The position numbers were made by a program, and so were the translations under genes. Shown piece by piece: positions 31,171 to 40,171 of a stretch of DNA of 64,000 nt. The stretch's first letter is position 1. The number at the start of each line of letters is the position of its first letter. The notes below the pieces were generated by a model. The model was not told the origin of the DNA. It did no database searches and saw nothing but the letters and a program-made list of their open reading frames with translations. This DNA comes from an uncultured Acidobacteriota bacterium (GTDB lineage: Bacteria; Acidobacteriota; Terriglobia; Bryobacterales; Bryobacteraceae). Location of the stretch: positions 75,063-139,062 of the forward strand of contig CAWKLV010000034.1 of the NCBI GenBank assembly GCA_963850575.1, written 5' to 3'.

Positions 31171-32256
31171 ATGCACCCAGTCTTCACCTCAGCCCGGCGT
31201 CTTGGGCTGTACATACTGGCCTGGCAGCTGCCGGCCGCCCTGGTCTCGTACCTGCTGCTGGTCTCCGCCCGGCTAACCCTTGCCGAGGCGATCGCTCTGT
31301 GTGGTCCACTATGCACCTTGTTCGCGATTGTGTGCCTCTCGCCCTGGTATCTCTGCCGAGTGCTTCCGCTACGCACGACAAAGCCGCTCAAAGTGACCCT
31401 AAACCATCTCCTGGCGGCGGCGGTAGCGGCCTTCTTTTGGGTGAAGCTGGCCAACTTTCTGGCGCGCGGGCTGGAGCGCTGGCACACCGGATTGCACGCG
31501 CTTCTCAGCCCGCATTTGCCGCTGCTGTTTGGTATTGGAATGCTGCTCTACGTGTTGGCTGTGACCCTGCACTACACCTACCTCGAGTTGGAAGCGGCCC
31601 GCGCCGCCGTCCGCATGGAACATGAGGCCCGGGTGCTCGCCCGCGAAGCCGAATTGAAGGCGCTGAAGGCTCAAATCAATCCACACTTCCTGTTCAACTC
31701 TTTGAACTCGATCAGCGCGCTGACCTCGATCGACTCCGCACAGGCCCGCGAGATGTGCATCCGCCTCTCCGATTTTCTTCGCAACACTCTGCGCTTGGGC
31801 GAGCAGGCGGCTATCCCGTTTGCCGATGAGGTTGCGCTCGCGCGCACGTATTTTGAAGTGGAGCGTGTGCGCTTCGGATCGCGCCTGAACGTGGAGCAGA
31901 GCATCGACGAAGCGTGCGAGCACTGTGTCGTTCCCCCGCTGCTGCTGCAGCCGCTGGTGGAGAATGCCGTGAAACATGGAATCGCGAGCTTGATAGACGG
32001 CGGATTCGTACGGATTCGAGCCTCGATGGTGAGCCACTTGCTGCGAGTGGTGGTAGAGAACAACTTCGATCCGGAGAACCCGTCCGTGCGGCGCGGCGGC
32101 CTCGGCTTGGCGAATGTGCGCAGCCGCATCGAGGCTCGTCACGGCAACCGCGGGCATATGATCGTGACCGTGGACGGCACGCTGCACCGGGTGGAATTGC
32201 TGCTGCCCTGTGAAGAACGGGCGGCGGTTCCGGGAGGGCCCGTTAATCATGCCTGA
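31171..32256 (+). CDS. sensor histidine kinase, LytS/YehU (His_kinase PF06580-type) family
   Basis: Multi-TM N-terminus, then LKAQINPHFLFNSLNSISALT (signature H-box of this family) and the HATPase region LLLQPLVENAVKHG...GGLGLANV. Confidence 0.85.
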   Translation: MHPVFTSARRLGLYILAWQLPAALVSYLLLVSARLTLAEAIALCGPLCTLFAIVCLSPWYLCRVLPLRTTKPLKVTLNHLLAAAVAAFFWVKLANFLARGLERWHTGLHALLSPHLPLLFGIGMLLYVLAVTLHYTYLELEAARAAVRMEHEARVLAREAELKALKAQINPHFLFNSLNSISALTSIDSAQAREMCIRLSDFLRNTLRLGEQAAIPFADEVALARTYFEVERVRFGSRLNVEQSIDEACEHCVVPPLLLQPLVENAVKHGIASLIDGGFVRIRASMVSHLLRVVVENNFDPENPSVRRGGLGLANVRSRIEARHGNRGHMIVTVDGTLHRVELLLPCEERAAVPGGPVNHA

Positions 32257-33010
32257 AGTTCAGAAGATCCGAGCTGTGTTGGTGGACGATGAAGAACTCG
32301 CCCGGCGCATACTGCGCGAGTACCTGGCATCCAACCCCGATGTCGAAATCGCCGGCGAATGCTCTAATGGCTTCGATGCCGTGAAGGTGATCTCGGACCT
32401 GCACCCCGATCTCGTATTCCTGGACGTGCAGATGCCCAAGCTGAACGGTTTCGAAGTGCTCGAACTGATCGGCAGAGAGGTGGCCGTCATTTTCGCCACG
32501 GCGTACGATTCCTATGCAATGAAGGCCTTCGACGCGCATGCCATTGATTACCTGCTGAAGCCTTTCAGCAAAGAGCGTTTCGATGTGGCGCTCGAGCGGG
32601 CGCGCGGCCGTATCCGTCCGGGAGCGCTGGTTACTGACCCGGCGGCGTTGAGCGCAGCCGCTCGCGCCCCGGACCAGTTCGTAGAGCGCGTAGTGGTGAA
32701 GGATGGCGCCAAGGTGACCATCATTCCGGTGGAGAAGCTGGATTATGTGGAGGCTCAGGATGACTACGTCGCGCTGCACAGTCAGAAGCGCAGCTATCTC
32801 AAGCAGCAGACCATATCGAGCCTGGAAGTTATGCTGGATCCGAAGCAGTTCGTTCGGATTCACCGCTCATGCATCGTCAACCTGGAGCGGATTGCAAAAA
32901 TTGAGCCGTATACCAAGGACAGCCGTTTGGCAATTTTGAATGATGGAACCCAGTTACCGGTGAGCCGGTCGGGATATGCGCGGCTGACCGCATTGTTGGA
33001 GGGCCCTTGA
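32249..33010 (+). CDS. LytTR/LytR-AlgR family response regulator
   Basis: Receiver domain (IRAVLVDDEELARRIL...DLVFLDVQMPKLNGFEV) plus a LytTR DNA-binding domain (VVVKDGAKVTIIPVEKLDYVEAQDDYV...FVRIHRSCIVNL). The ATG overlaps the kinase stop by 8 nt. Confidence 0.9.
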   Translation: MPEVQKIRAVLVDDEELARRILREYLASNPDVEIAGECSNGFDAVKVISDLHPDLVFLDVQMPKLNGFEVLELIGREVAVIFATAYDSYAMKAFDAHAIDYLLKPFSKERFDVALERARGRIRPGALVTDPAALSAAARAPDQFVERVVVKDGAKVTIIPVEKLDYVEAQDDYVALHSQKRSYLKQQTISSLEVMLDPKQFVRIHRSCIVNLERIAKIEPYTKDSRLAILNDGTQLPVSRSGYARLTALLEGP

Positions 33011-33036
33011 TGGGGCGCCTGAGTGGGGAGACTGCA

Positions 33037-33062
33037 GCGAGGCCGTTCTGTCCCGGCCTCGC
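33037..33062. terminator. GC-rich hairpin between convergent genes
   Basis: GCGAGGCCG-ttctgtcc-CGGCCTCGC, a perfect 9-bp stem. There is no clear U-tract on either strand. Confidence 0.35.
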
Positions 33063-33083
33063 CCGCCGGGATCCTGATCCGGC

Positions 33084-33476
33084 TCAATGATCCACGTTGG
33101 CCTTCTCCTCGTGATAGTGCTCGATCTTTTCGTACGTATCGTTCGGCAGCTCAAGGTTCCTGTAGATGTTACACGAGTCTGGATCGTCCGGATTCGGGCA
33201 AATCGGGAATCCCTGCTTCGCGTTCCATTCGAGCACGCGTTCCCGCTTCGGCGGATTGTAATCGCGAGACTCCACCTGACGCAGTAAGGCGCGCGCCTTC
33301 GGTTCGTCACAGTCGGGATCCTTCGTCAGATACGAGATGACCTCGTCTTCATTCAGATAATGCCGTGCCACCATGGCGAACGTGAGCCGTCCGTAGTGCC
33401 CGATATCTTTGCCCTCCTCCAATGCGTCCAGCAGGTGCGTCATCATCCCGTCTTTCCTGAGTTCGTCTAGTGCCAT
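33084..33476 (-). CDS. hypothetical protein, 130 aa, acidic, with three Cys in a DPDCDE...PICPNPDDPDSC region
   Basis: Intact ORF with protein-like composition, 52 nt downstream of ftcD on the same strand. No family recognised with confidence. Confidence 0.5.
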   Translation of the reverse strand: MALDELRKDGMMTHLLDALEEGKDIGHYGRLTFAMVARHYLNEDEVISYLTKDPDCDEPKARALLRQVESRDYNPPKRERVLEWNAKQGFPICPNPDDPDSCNIYRNLELPNDTYEKIEHYHEEKANVDH

Positions 33477-33528
33477 AGGTGTGTTCTCTAGCTTTGAGAC
33501 GCCACACCGCCGCGGTCTGTTTCGCCTT

Positions 33529-34911
33529 TTATTCCCCGGCGTGGCTCAACCGATCGCTGATGCCTTTTCGCGCTTCTGCGTCCTCAATGAACGGCAAATT
33601 CGACTCCACAGTTGCCATCCCTCCCAACCTGGCAGCGTCTGCCAGCGCGACGGCGGTTGCGAGATCCGAATTCAACTTCGATTCCGCTATCCTCTGCAAC
33701 CGCCGCAGATCGCGATTCAACTCCATCGCACGTTCATACACCTCGAGCGGCACCATCGCGGCACGGCGCAGCGACTCCTGCGAACGTTCGCTTGCCTGCA
33801 CGGCGCCGAACGCCTCGGCGTCACGACGAGCCGCCAGTAAGAAGAACTCGCGATGTTGCACGAAGGGCGTGCAGTCCACTTTACTAAGCCGGCCCACCAT
33901 TTGACCGAGGGCGGCTGCAACGGCCCCACTGAGAGCGGCCGCGCTGCCGCCTCCCGTTGGTGAAGAGGGGCTTGCGATGTGATCCAGCAGGTAATCCAGG
34001 GCTGGGTTCAGAGGCGTCACGTCTTCGAGCCGGTCCTCAAACACGCGGCTGCGGCTGAAGTTCTCACACCGCAGAAGCGTCGCCGCGGCTTCCAGCAGAG
34101 CCCGGCGCGGCGCGAGGCCAATAATTTCACTCGAAAACACTTCCACTTGGTGCCGTGCGGCCTCGTTGCGTACGGCATCGAATGCCTCGCCGATACCCGT
34201 GATCTCGAAGTCCGTGAGATTTATCGACACCTGCGCGAGACCACGCGACTCCAGGTACACTCCTATAGCCTTCACCGACGGCAATCCTCCGGAGGACTCG
34301 CGAACGCTGCGCGCGATCGACCGGGCTATTTCGACATCGCCGGTGTTCAGGTTGATATTGAAGGCGATGAGAAACTTGCGCGCTCCAATAATGACGGCGC
34401 CGGCGGTGGGATGCAGCGCCGGATCTCCGACGTCGGGCGCGCGCGAGGAGATATGTTCCCGTAGCCAGGGCAGTCCTCCACGGCGGACGTTTTCGAGACG
34501 TCGTCGCTCTTCGATGCGTGCCGCAGCTTCGTAGAAATAGACCGGCAGCTTCAGCCGCCGCCAGACTTCGGCCCCCAGTTCATGCGCAAGGCCGACGCAT
34601 TCTTCCAGGGTCGCCCCGTCAACGGGAATGAAAGGGACCACGTCGGCCGCGCCGATCCGCGGATGAACGCCGGAGTGCGCCGACATGTCAATCCGCCGGA
34701 CAGCCTCTTCTATGCCGCGGAAGGCAGCGGCTGCAACCGGCTGCGGCGCTCCAGCAAAGGTGACCACTGAGCGGTTGTGGTCGGTATCCGCTTCATGCCC
34801 CAACAGCGCCACTCCCGGCGTTGAGGCGATTGCATTGACGATCGCATCCAGGGTACGCGGGTCCCGCCCTTCGGAGAAATTCGGAACACACTCTACGATG
34901 GTGCGGCCCAT
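33529..34911 (-). CDS. ftcD: bifunctional glutamate formimidoyltransferase / formimidoyltetrahydrofolate cyclodeaminase (FtcD-like)
   Basis: Start at the internal Met (MGRTIVECVPNFSEGRD...HNRSVVTF...HPRIGAADVVPFIP is the transferase domain). The C-terminal cyclodeaminase motif is SPTGGGSAAALSGAVAAALGQMV. Confidence 0.8.
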   Translation of the reverse strand: MGRTIVECVPNFSEGRDPRTLDAIVNAIASTPGVALLGHEADTDHNRSVVTFAGAPQPVAAAAFRGIEEAVRRIDMSAHSGVHPRIGAADVVPFIPVDGATLEECVGLAHELGAEVWRRLKLPVYFYEAAARIEERRRLENVRRGGLPWLREHISSRAPDVGDPALHPTAGAVIIGARKFLIAFNINLNTGDVEIARSIARSVRESSGGLPSVKAIGVYLESRGLAQVSINLTDFEITGIGEAFDAVRNEAARHQVEVFSSEIIGLAPRRALLEAAATLLRCENFSRSRVFEDRLEDVTPLNPALDYLLDHIASPSSPTGGGSAAALSGAVAAALGQMVGRLSKVDCTPFVQHREFFLLAARRDAEAFGAVQASERSQESLRRAAMVPLEVYERAMELNRDLRRLQRIAESKLNSDLATAVALADAARLGGMATVESNLPFIEDAEARKGISDRLSHAGE

Positions 34912-36158
34912 TTCATCCCTTGCCGCTCGTGTACCACTTGCCCTTGTTTGATAGTCACGTCTACCAGATTGATACCAAAATCGTGGCCTATCTCGCGGTA
35001 GTCGCCGGCTCGGAGGATGATGATGTCGGCCTGTTTGCCCACCTCCAGCGAGCCAATGCGATGACCCAGCTTCAGCGCATGCGCGCTGTTGATGGTGGCT
35101 GCGCATACCGCTTCCGCGGCTGTCATCTGGAGTTGGCGGCAGGCGAGGAAAATTACCACCTGCATGTTGTAGTTCGGGCTGGTGACGCGGCAATAGCTGG
35201 AACCGAGCGCCACTGGTACACCGGACTCGATCAGCTTGCGGGCCGGAGCGTAGGGCTGGCTGTCCAGGAAAAATGTGGCCGCCGGAGTGAGTGTCGCGAT
35301 GGCGCCGGATTCGGCGATTTGGGCGACTCCGGCGGAGTCCAGGTGATCGAGGTGGTCGAAGCTTGTCAGCGGGTATTCTGCGCCTAAAGCGGCTCCGTCG
35401 GATGCGCCATACTGCGCGAGGTTCATCTTCAACGGCAGGCCGAGCGCTTTCGCCGCGTCAAAAAGCGGCCGGATTTGCGTCGCGCAAAACGAGCCGAAGT
35501 CGCAGCTCGCATCCACGAACCGCGCCAAACCGCGCCGGTGAACCACTGGAAGCAGATCGTTACGCAGCCATTCAATGTACTCCCGGGGGCGGAGTGCGAA
35601 CTCAGGCGCAGCCACCGACGCAGCGCTGAAGGTTGGCACCACCGTAATGGGTGCATCGCCCAACGTGGACAGCACACGAAGGATCTTCATCTCGGCGCTC
35701 GCGTTGAGCCCGTACCCGGACTTCGCTTCCACCGTGGTGGTGCCGTGGCTCAAGCACTGTCTGAGAACCGCTACCGCTTCGCCGTTGAGACGGCGAGAGG
35801 TGGCCTCGCGCACCAGCGCTACGTTACCGAGAATGATCCGGGCATCCTTCGGCGCGCCGGCCAGCGCGTAAGGCCGTTCATCCGGAAGTCGCGATGGGCC
35901 GGAGATCAGGTGGGTGTGGGAATCCACGAAGCCTGGCATCACCACCCGTCCCGCCGCGGAGATGTCTCGAGCTCTTCGCGCATCCGGAAGATTCTCGATG
36001 CGGCGCGTCGGACCCACCTCGCGGATCACTCCATCCTCGATGAGCAGAGCGCCATCGTCAATAATATTCAGCTGGCTGAGAGCCGGGCCACGGCGCGGGC
36101 CGGGTGTTCCGCGTAGAGTCACCAGTTGCCGCGCGCTATGTATAAAGACGAGGCTCAA
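34893..36158 (-). CDS. hutI: imidazolonepropionase
   Basis: Amidohydrolase fold with PGFVDSHTHL, TTVEAKSGYGL, ...HLDHL..., DVGHDFG-type C-terminus. TTG at 36158 is chosen as the start and is uncertain. The gene overlaps the ftcD start by 19 nt. Confidence 0.85.
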   Translation of the reverse strand: MSLVFIHSARQLVTLRGTPGPRRGPALSQLNIIDDGALLIEDGVIREVGPTRRIENLPDARRARDISAAGRVVMPGFVDSHTHLISGPSRLPDERPYALAGAPKDARIILGNVALVREATSRRLNGEAVAVLRQCLSHGTTTVEAKSGYGLNASAEMKILRVLSTLGDAPITVVPTFSAASVAAPEFALRPREYIEWLRNDLLPVVHRRGLARFVDASCDFGSFCATQIRPLFDAAKALGLPLKMNLAQYGASDGAALGAEYPLTSFDHLDHLDSAGVAQIAESGAIATLTPAATFFLDSQPYAPARKLIESGVPVALGSSYCRVTSPNYNMQVVIFLACRQLQMTAAEAVCAATINSAHALKLGHRIGSLEVGKQADIIILRAGDYREIGHDFGINLVDVTIKQGQVVHERQGMKWAAPS

Positions 36159-36281
36159 CCCTAAGTAGTGCCGCGTGGGGCGAACTAATCTGCCTATTTG
36201 TTGCAACCTGACGGTTAGCCCTCATCGGGTACCCCCATTGGGGGCTATTATTGATCCTATGCGGATGAAACTGGAGATGAC

Positions 36282-36497
36282 ATGGTGAGGTGTACCCAAT
36301 GTCAGCGACAGATGGAGTGGAGTACCGCTCCATTTCAAGTTCATGGCTGCGGGTATCGTTTGATGCTCGATGCGGTTCCTGCTTGGATCTGTACAGTCTG
36401 TGGGGACATGTACTTTGCGGATTCTCAGGTGGACGCGATCCGGGAAGTGATCCGGGCGCTGGACAGCCGTACTAGCGAACTCGCCATGCCGGCGTGA
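36282..36497 (+). CDS. YgiT-type zinc-finger protein (MqsA N-terminal-domain-like)
   Basis: 71 aa with CTQC...x...CTVCGDMYF, the pattern of the YgiT/MqsA zinc ribbon. No HTH domain and no adjacent toxin-like ORF. Confidence 0.6.
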   Translation: MVRCTQCQRQMEWSTAPFQVHGCGYRLMLDAVPAWICTVCGDMYFADSQVDAIREVIRALDSRTSELAMPA

Positions 36498-36552
36498 TTT
36501 CGTAACGCCGTCTGCGGGGAAACAGAAAACCGGAACCGGAACCGGCACGCCG

Positions 36553-37275
36553 GTGTCTACAGGTTTAGATAGAATTGCAGTCGGAGGCGCTGTGCGGAAT
36601 ATCGGGCTGCACCTGGAGACCGGCTTAGGGTCCTACGACTCGCAGGCCGATTCTCGCTCCGAAGAACTTGATCTTGTAGATGGCCTGCGTGCGGCTCAGG
36701 AGCACGCCTACGAGACCCTTATCGTCCGTTATCAACAGCCGGTGTTCAACCTGGTTTATCGGTTGCTGAACAATCCGGCTGATGCCAACGACGTTGTACA
36801 GGAGGTTTTCCTCAAGGTGTTCCGTAACATCGCCTCCTTTCGCGGACAGAGCAGTCTGAAGACTTGGATCTACCGCATCGCCGTCAATGAGGCGCACAAT
36901 CACCGGCGCTGGTTCTGCAGACACCGGAAACAAGAGATCGGACTGGAGCGCGACGAGGAGGATCGCAGCTACCAGGACACGCTGCCGGATCCGGGTCAGT
37001 CACCATTTCAAATCGCTGTGGAAGAGGAGGCCCATCAAATTCTTGAAGCCGCAATGCAGAGCCTGAATCCGATCTTCCGTGCCGCCGTCGTGCTGCGGGA
37101 TATCGAAGATTTGAGCTACGAGGAGATTGCCGAAATTCTTCAGATCAGCTTAGGAACCGTGAAATCCAGGATAATGCGTGGCCGCGAGTCGCTTCGACAT
37201 GCATTGACGGCGCGTCTTGCAGCGCCGGCGAAGGAAGGTGCGGCTTTGCGGTGGACACCGCAGCCCGCGGAGTGA
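36553..37275 (+). CDS. ECF-type RNA polymerase sigma-70 factor
   Basis: Region 2 VFNLVYRLLNNPADANDVVQEVFLKVFRNIASFRGQSSLKTWIYRIAVNEAHNHRR. Region 4 VVLRDIEDLSYEEIAEILQISLGTVKSRIMRGRESL. Confidence 0.85.
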   Translation: MSTGLDRIAVGGAVRNIGLHLETGLGSYDSQADSRSEELDLVDGLRAAQEHAYETLIVRYQQPVFNLVYRLLNNPADANDVVQEVFLKVFRNIASFRGQSSLKTWIYRIAVNEAHNHRRWFCRHRKQEIGLERDEEDRSYQDTLPDPGQSPFQIAVEEEAHQILEAAMQSLNPIFRAAVVLRDIEDLSYEEIAEILQISLGTVKSRIMRGRESLRHALTARLAAPAKEGAALRWTPQPAE

Positions 37276-37278
37276 CGT

Positions 37279-37971
37279 ATGGAATGCTTGAACTCAAGTA
37301 GCGCGATCTCAGTAATAATCGATGAAGCTGAGCCGGAACAAGAGCGTCAGGGTTGGACCGAACACGTGGAGGCCTGCGAGTTCTGCTCGGCGATGGTTAA
37401 CGAACACCGGCGCATTCGTCAGCACGTTCGGAGCCTGCCGGTACGCCACTCCTCCGCCGATCTGCGAACGGCTCTGCGCTCCATCGCCAGGCGGGATCGG
37501 GCACGGCGAATCACCTGGTTGAAGGTCGCCGCCTCGTTTGCCGCATGGCGTCTCCGTCTGAGCCTGCTGTTGAACGACCTCATGCGGCCGATGGCCCTGC
37601 CGGTAGCGGGTGGCGTGATCTCCGCACTGATGCTGTTTGGAGCTTTGGTGCCGGACATGTTCGTCGAGGTACACCCGGTACATAACGATGTCCCGACTGT
37701 GCTCTTCACAAATGCGAGCGTGAAGGATGCTTCGTGGCCGGTGATTGGGGACACCAATATCGTTGTCGACCTCACCATCGATGAGAACGGCCGGCTGACC
37801 GACTACACCCTCGTGAGCGGCAGTCCGCTATTGCGAGACGAAGGGATGCGGCGCCGCTTCGAAAGCGCCTTGCTGCTCAGTCAGTTCACTCCGGCTAACT
37901 TCTTTGGACAGCCGATGGCCGGTAAGGTTCGCGTTTCTTTTCGCACCAGCCGGATTGATATCAAGGGTTAG
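37279..37971 (+). CDS. anti-sigma factor (zf-HC2) with one TM segment and a TonB-C-like C-terminal domain
   Basis: HVEACEFCSAMVNEH zinc-finger anti-sigma motif. TM segment VAGGVISALMLFGALV. C-terminus VVDLTIDENGRLTDYTLVSGSP...FTPANFFGQPMAGKVRVSF resembles TonB_C. Confidence 0.6.
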   Translation: MECLNSSSAISVIIDEAEPEQERQGWTEHVEACEFCSAMVNEHRRIRQHVRSLPVRHSSADLRTALRSIARRDRARRITWLKVAASFAAWRLRLSLLLNDLMRPMALPVAGGVISALMLFGALVPDMFVEVHPVHNDVPTVLFTNASVKDASWPVIGDTNIVVDLTIDENGRLTDYTLVSGSPLLRDEGMRRRFESALLLSQFTPANFFGQPMAGKVRVSFRTSRIDIKG

Positions 37972-37983
37972 CGCCGCCGATCT

Positions 37984-38727
37984 GTGGGCAGGCGCCTTGG
38001 CCAACATTTCCTGGTTCGCGAATCAATTCTAGAAAAAATCGCGCACGCCGCCTGTGGCCAGCGCACAGCCACCGCGGTTGAGATCGGGCCCGGCAAGGGC
38101 GCTCTCACCAGGCGCTTGCTCGATCATGCGGACCACGTGATCGCTATCGAAGTGGATCCTTACCTGGTCCACTACTTGCGGCAAAAGTTCCGCGGGAACG
38201 ACCGGCTCACGATTGTCGATAGCGATGTGCTGAAGACCGATCTTGGCCAGTGGGGCCCTGTAGCGATTGCGGGCAATTTGCCGTACTATATCACCTCGCC
38301 GATCATTTCCAGCGTATTCTCGACCCGGGCTTGGACCGGCGCGGTTTTTCTGGTACAGCAGGAGGTGGCTGAGCGCGTGACGGCTTCACCAGGTTCCCGC
38401 AATTACGGCTATCTCACGGTCTACGTCGCCATGCACTCTCACCCGGAGCTGCTGTTTCCGGTTACTCGCGCCGCTTTTGCTCCGCCGCCGAAGGTTGAAT
38501 CCGCCGTCGTTCGGCTTACTCCGCGGGATCCTGTGACCCAGTGGGGAATCGATGATGTTCCGGCTTTTCTGACCTTTGCGGGGCTCGCATTTCAACACAA
38601 ACGGAAGACCTTGCGGAACAACTTGCGGGCGTCCTTTCCTGCCATCGACGGCTTGCCCGAGGGGTCCTTACGAGCGGAGCAGTTGGCGGTTGGGGAGTTG
38701 GTGGCCCTGTACCGGAAACTCAATTAG
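37984..38727 (+). CDS. rsmA: 16S rRNA (adenine1518/1519-N6)-dimethyltransferase
   Basis: LGQHFLVRESILEKIA, VEIGPGKGALT, GNLPYYITSPI are the KsgA/RsmA signatures. GTG start. Confidence 0.9.
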   Translation: MGRRLGQHFLVRESILEKIAHAACGQRTATAVEIGPGKGALTRRLLDHADHVIAIEVDPYLVHYLRQKFRGNDRLTIVDSDVLKTDLGQWGPVAIAGNLPYYITSPIISSVFSTRAWTGAVFLVQQEVAERVTASPGSRNYGYLTVYVAMHSHPELLFPVTRAAFAPPPKVESAVVRLTPRDPVTQWGIDDVPAFLTFAGLAFQHKRKTLRNNLRASFPAIDGLPEGSLRAEQLAVGELVALYRKLN

Positions 38728-38858
38728 CGTTCCCTGCAATAACGCAGCAAGGCGTTCGACGCGTCCAATGATCCTCGAACGATAGAATGGCGCCTTCAGA
38801 GGTTAAGGCCGTACAATCCAGTGCGGTGGCCGTGTGGGATGATTCCATGGAGGATTCC

Positions 38859-39377
38859 ATGAAACTTACGATGCTGTTGTCCCTGTCCGCACTCTCGCTA
38901 TGCGCTCAGTCCGGAGACAATCCGATCAGCGCGGCGGTGAAGAACCAGTTCAACTCCGCCAAGACGAATCTGACCAAGGCGGCCGAGAAGATGCCGGAGA
39001 GTAACTACGCCTTCAAGGCCACCGACGAGGTGCGGAGTTTTGGCCAGATCGTCGGGCACGTCGCCAACGCAAGCTACTTCTTCTGCTCCGCCGCGCAAGG
39101 CGAGAAGAGTCCGAGCACGGCCGACGTGGAGAAGACGAAAACCTCCAAGGCCGATCTGGTGGAGGCGTTAAAGGCGGCCTTCGCCTATTGCGACAAAGCC
39201 TACAACGGGCTGACCGACGCGACGGCCGCCGAGAAGGTAAAGTTCGGAGGCAACGACATGGCACGGGTGGGAGTGTTGACCTTCAACAACATGCACGATT
39301 ACGAGCACTACGGCAATATCGTCACGTACATGCGGCTGAAGAACATCGTCCCGCCATCTAGCGAGCCGCGTAAGTAG
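38859..39377 (+). CDS. DinB-family protein with a signal peptide
   Basis: MKLTMLLSLSALSLCAQS, then a four-helix DinB-like pattern with conserved His residues (IVGHVANASYFF..., NMHDYEHYGNIVTYMRL). Confidence 0.7.
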   Translation: MKLTMLLSLSALSLCAQSGDNPISAAVKNQFNSAKTNLTKAAEKMPESNYAFKATDEVRSFGQIVGHVANASYFFCSAAQGEKSPSTADVEKTKTSKADLVEALKAAFAYCDKAYNGLTDATAAEKVKFGGNDMARVGVLTFNNMHDYEHYGNIVTYMRLKNIVPPSSEPRK

Positions 39378-39410
39378 ACCGCACCCCGCCGCGTGTGCCA
39401 CCTTCTATGT

Positions 39411-40166
39411 ATGAAGCTGCGCGGCAAGGTTGCGGTTGTAACCGGCGGCGGTACGGGAATGGGCCGGGCCATCTGCGAGCTCTTCGGACAGGAGGGCGCG
39501 CGGGTGATCGTCAATTACAGCGCCTCGCGCGATGAGGCCGAACAGGTCGCTCGCAACATTCGGGACAGCGGCGGCGAGGCTGTGGCAGTACGGGCCAGTG
39601 TCGCGCTCGATGCCGAGGCGAGAGCCATCATGCACGCCGCCGAGGAGCGCTGGGGCCGGTTGGATGTGCTGATCAATAATGCGGGGTGGAGCAAGCGGAC
39701 GCCGCATGAATTGCTCGACGATCTCACTGACGAAATCTGGGATCGCACGCTGAACACGAACTTGCGCGGTGCATTTTACTGCATGCGCGCCGCTGCTCCG
39801 ATGCTGCGCAAAAATCCCGGCGCGTCCATCGTCAACATCGCCTCCGTTGCCCCGTACACGGGGGAAGGCAGCACCATCGTGTACGCGGCGTCCAAGGCAG
39901 GACTCATCAGCATGACCAAGTCCTTCGCCCGGGTGCTGGCCCCGGAGGTGCGCGTGAACGCACTTGCGCCGGGGTTAGTGCAGACACGCTTCGCGGGTTG
40001 GCCGCAGGAAACATTCGTGCACGGTGCGGCGCTTGCGCCCCTGAAACGGATCGCTACCGTGGAGGAAGTCGCAAAAGCTGTCCTGTTCCTGGCCGCCGAT
40101 GCCACCGCGATCACCGGCGAGACCATCAAGGTGGATGCGGGCATCATCGCACTGCGGCGCGGCTGA
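39411..40166 (+). CDS. SDR family oxidoreductase (FabG-like)
   Basis: KVAVVTGGGTGMGRAI (TGxxxGxG), NNAG, and the catalytic S...YAASKAGL motif. Confidence 0.85.
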   Translation: MKLRGKVAVVTGGGTGMGRAICELFGQEGARVIVNYSASRDEAEQVARNIRDSGGEAVAVRASVALDAEARAIMHAAEERWGRLDVLINNAGWSKRTPHELLDDLTDEIWDRTLNTNLRGAFYCMRAAAPMLRKNPGASIVNIASVAPYTGEGSTIVYAASKAGLISMTKSFARVLAPEVRVNALAPGLVQTRFAGWPQETFVHGAALAPLKRIATVEEVAKAVLFLAADATAITGETIKVDAGIIALRRG

Positions 40167-40171
40167 GCGCT

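Noticed and set aside
36222-36548. 108-aa minus-strand ORF as a possible toxin partner of the YgiT-type protein.
   Set aside because: It fully overlaps the YgiT gene in antisense and has Pro/Arg/His-rich, non-protein-like composition.
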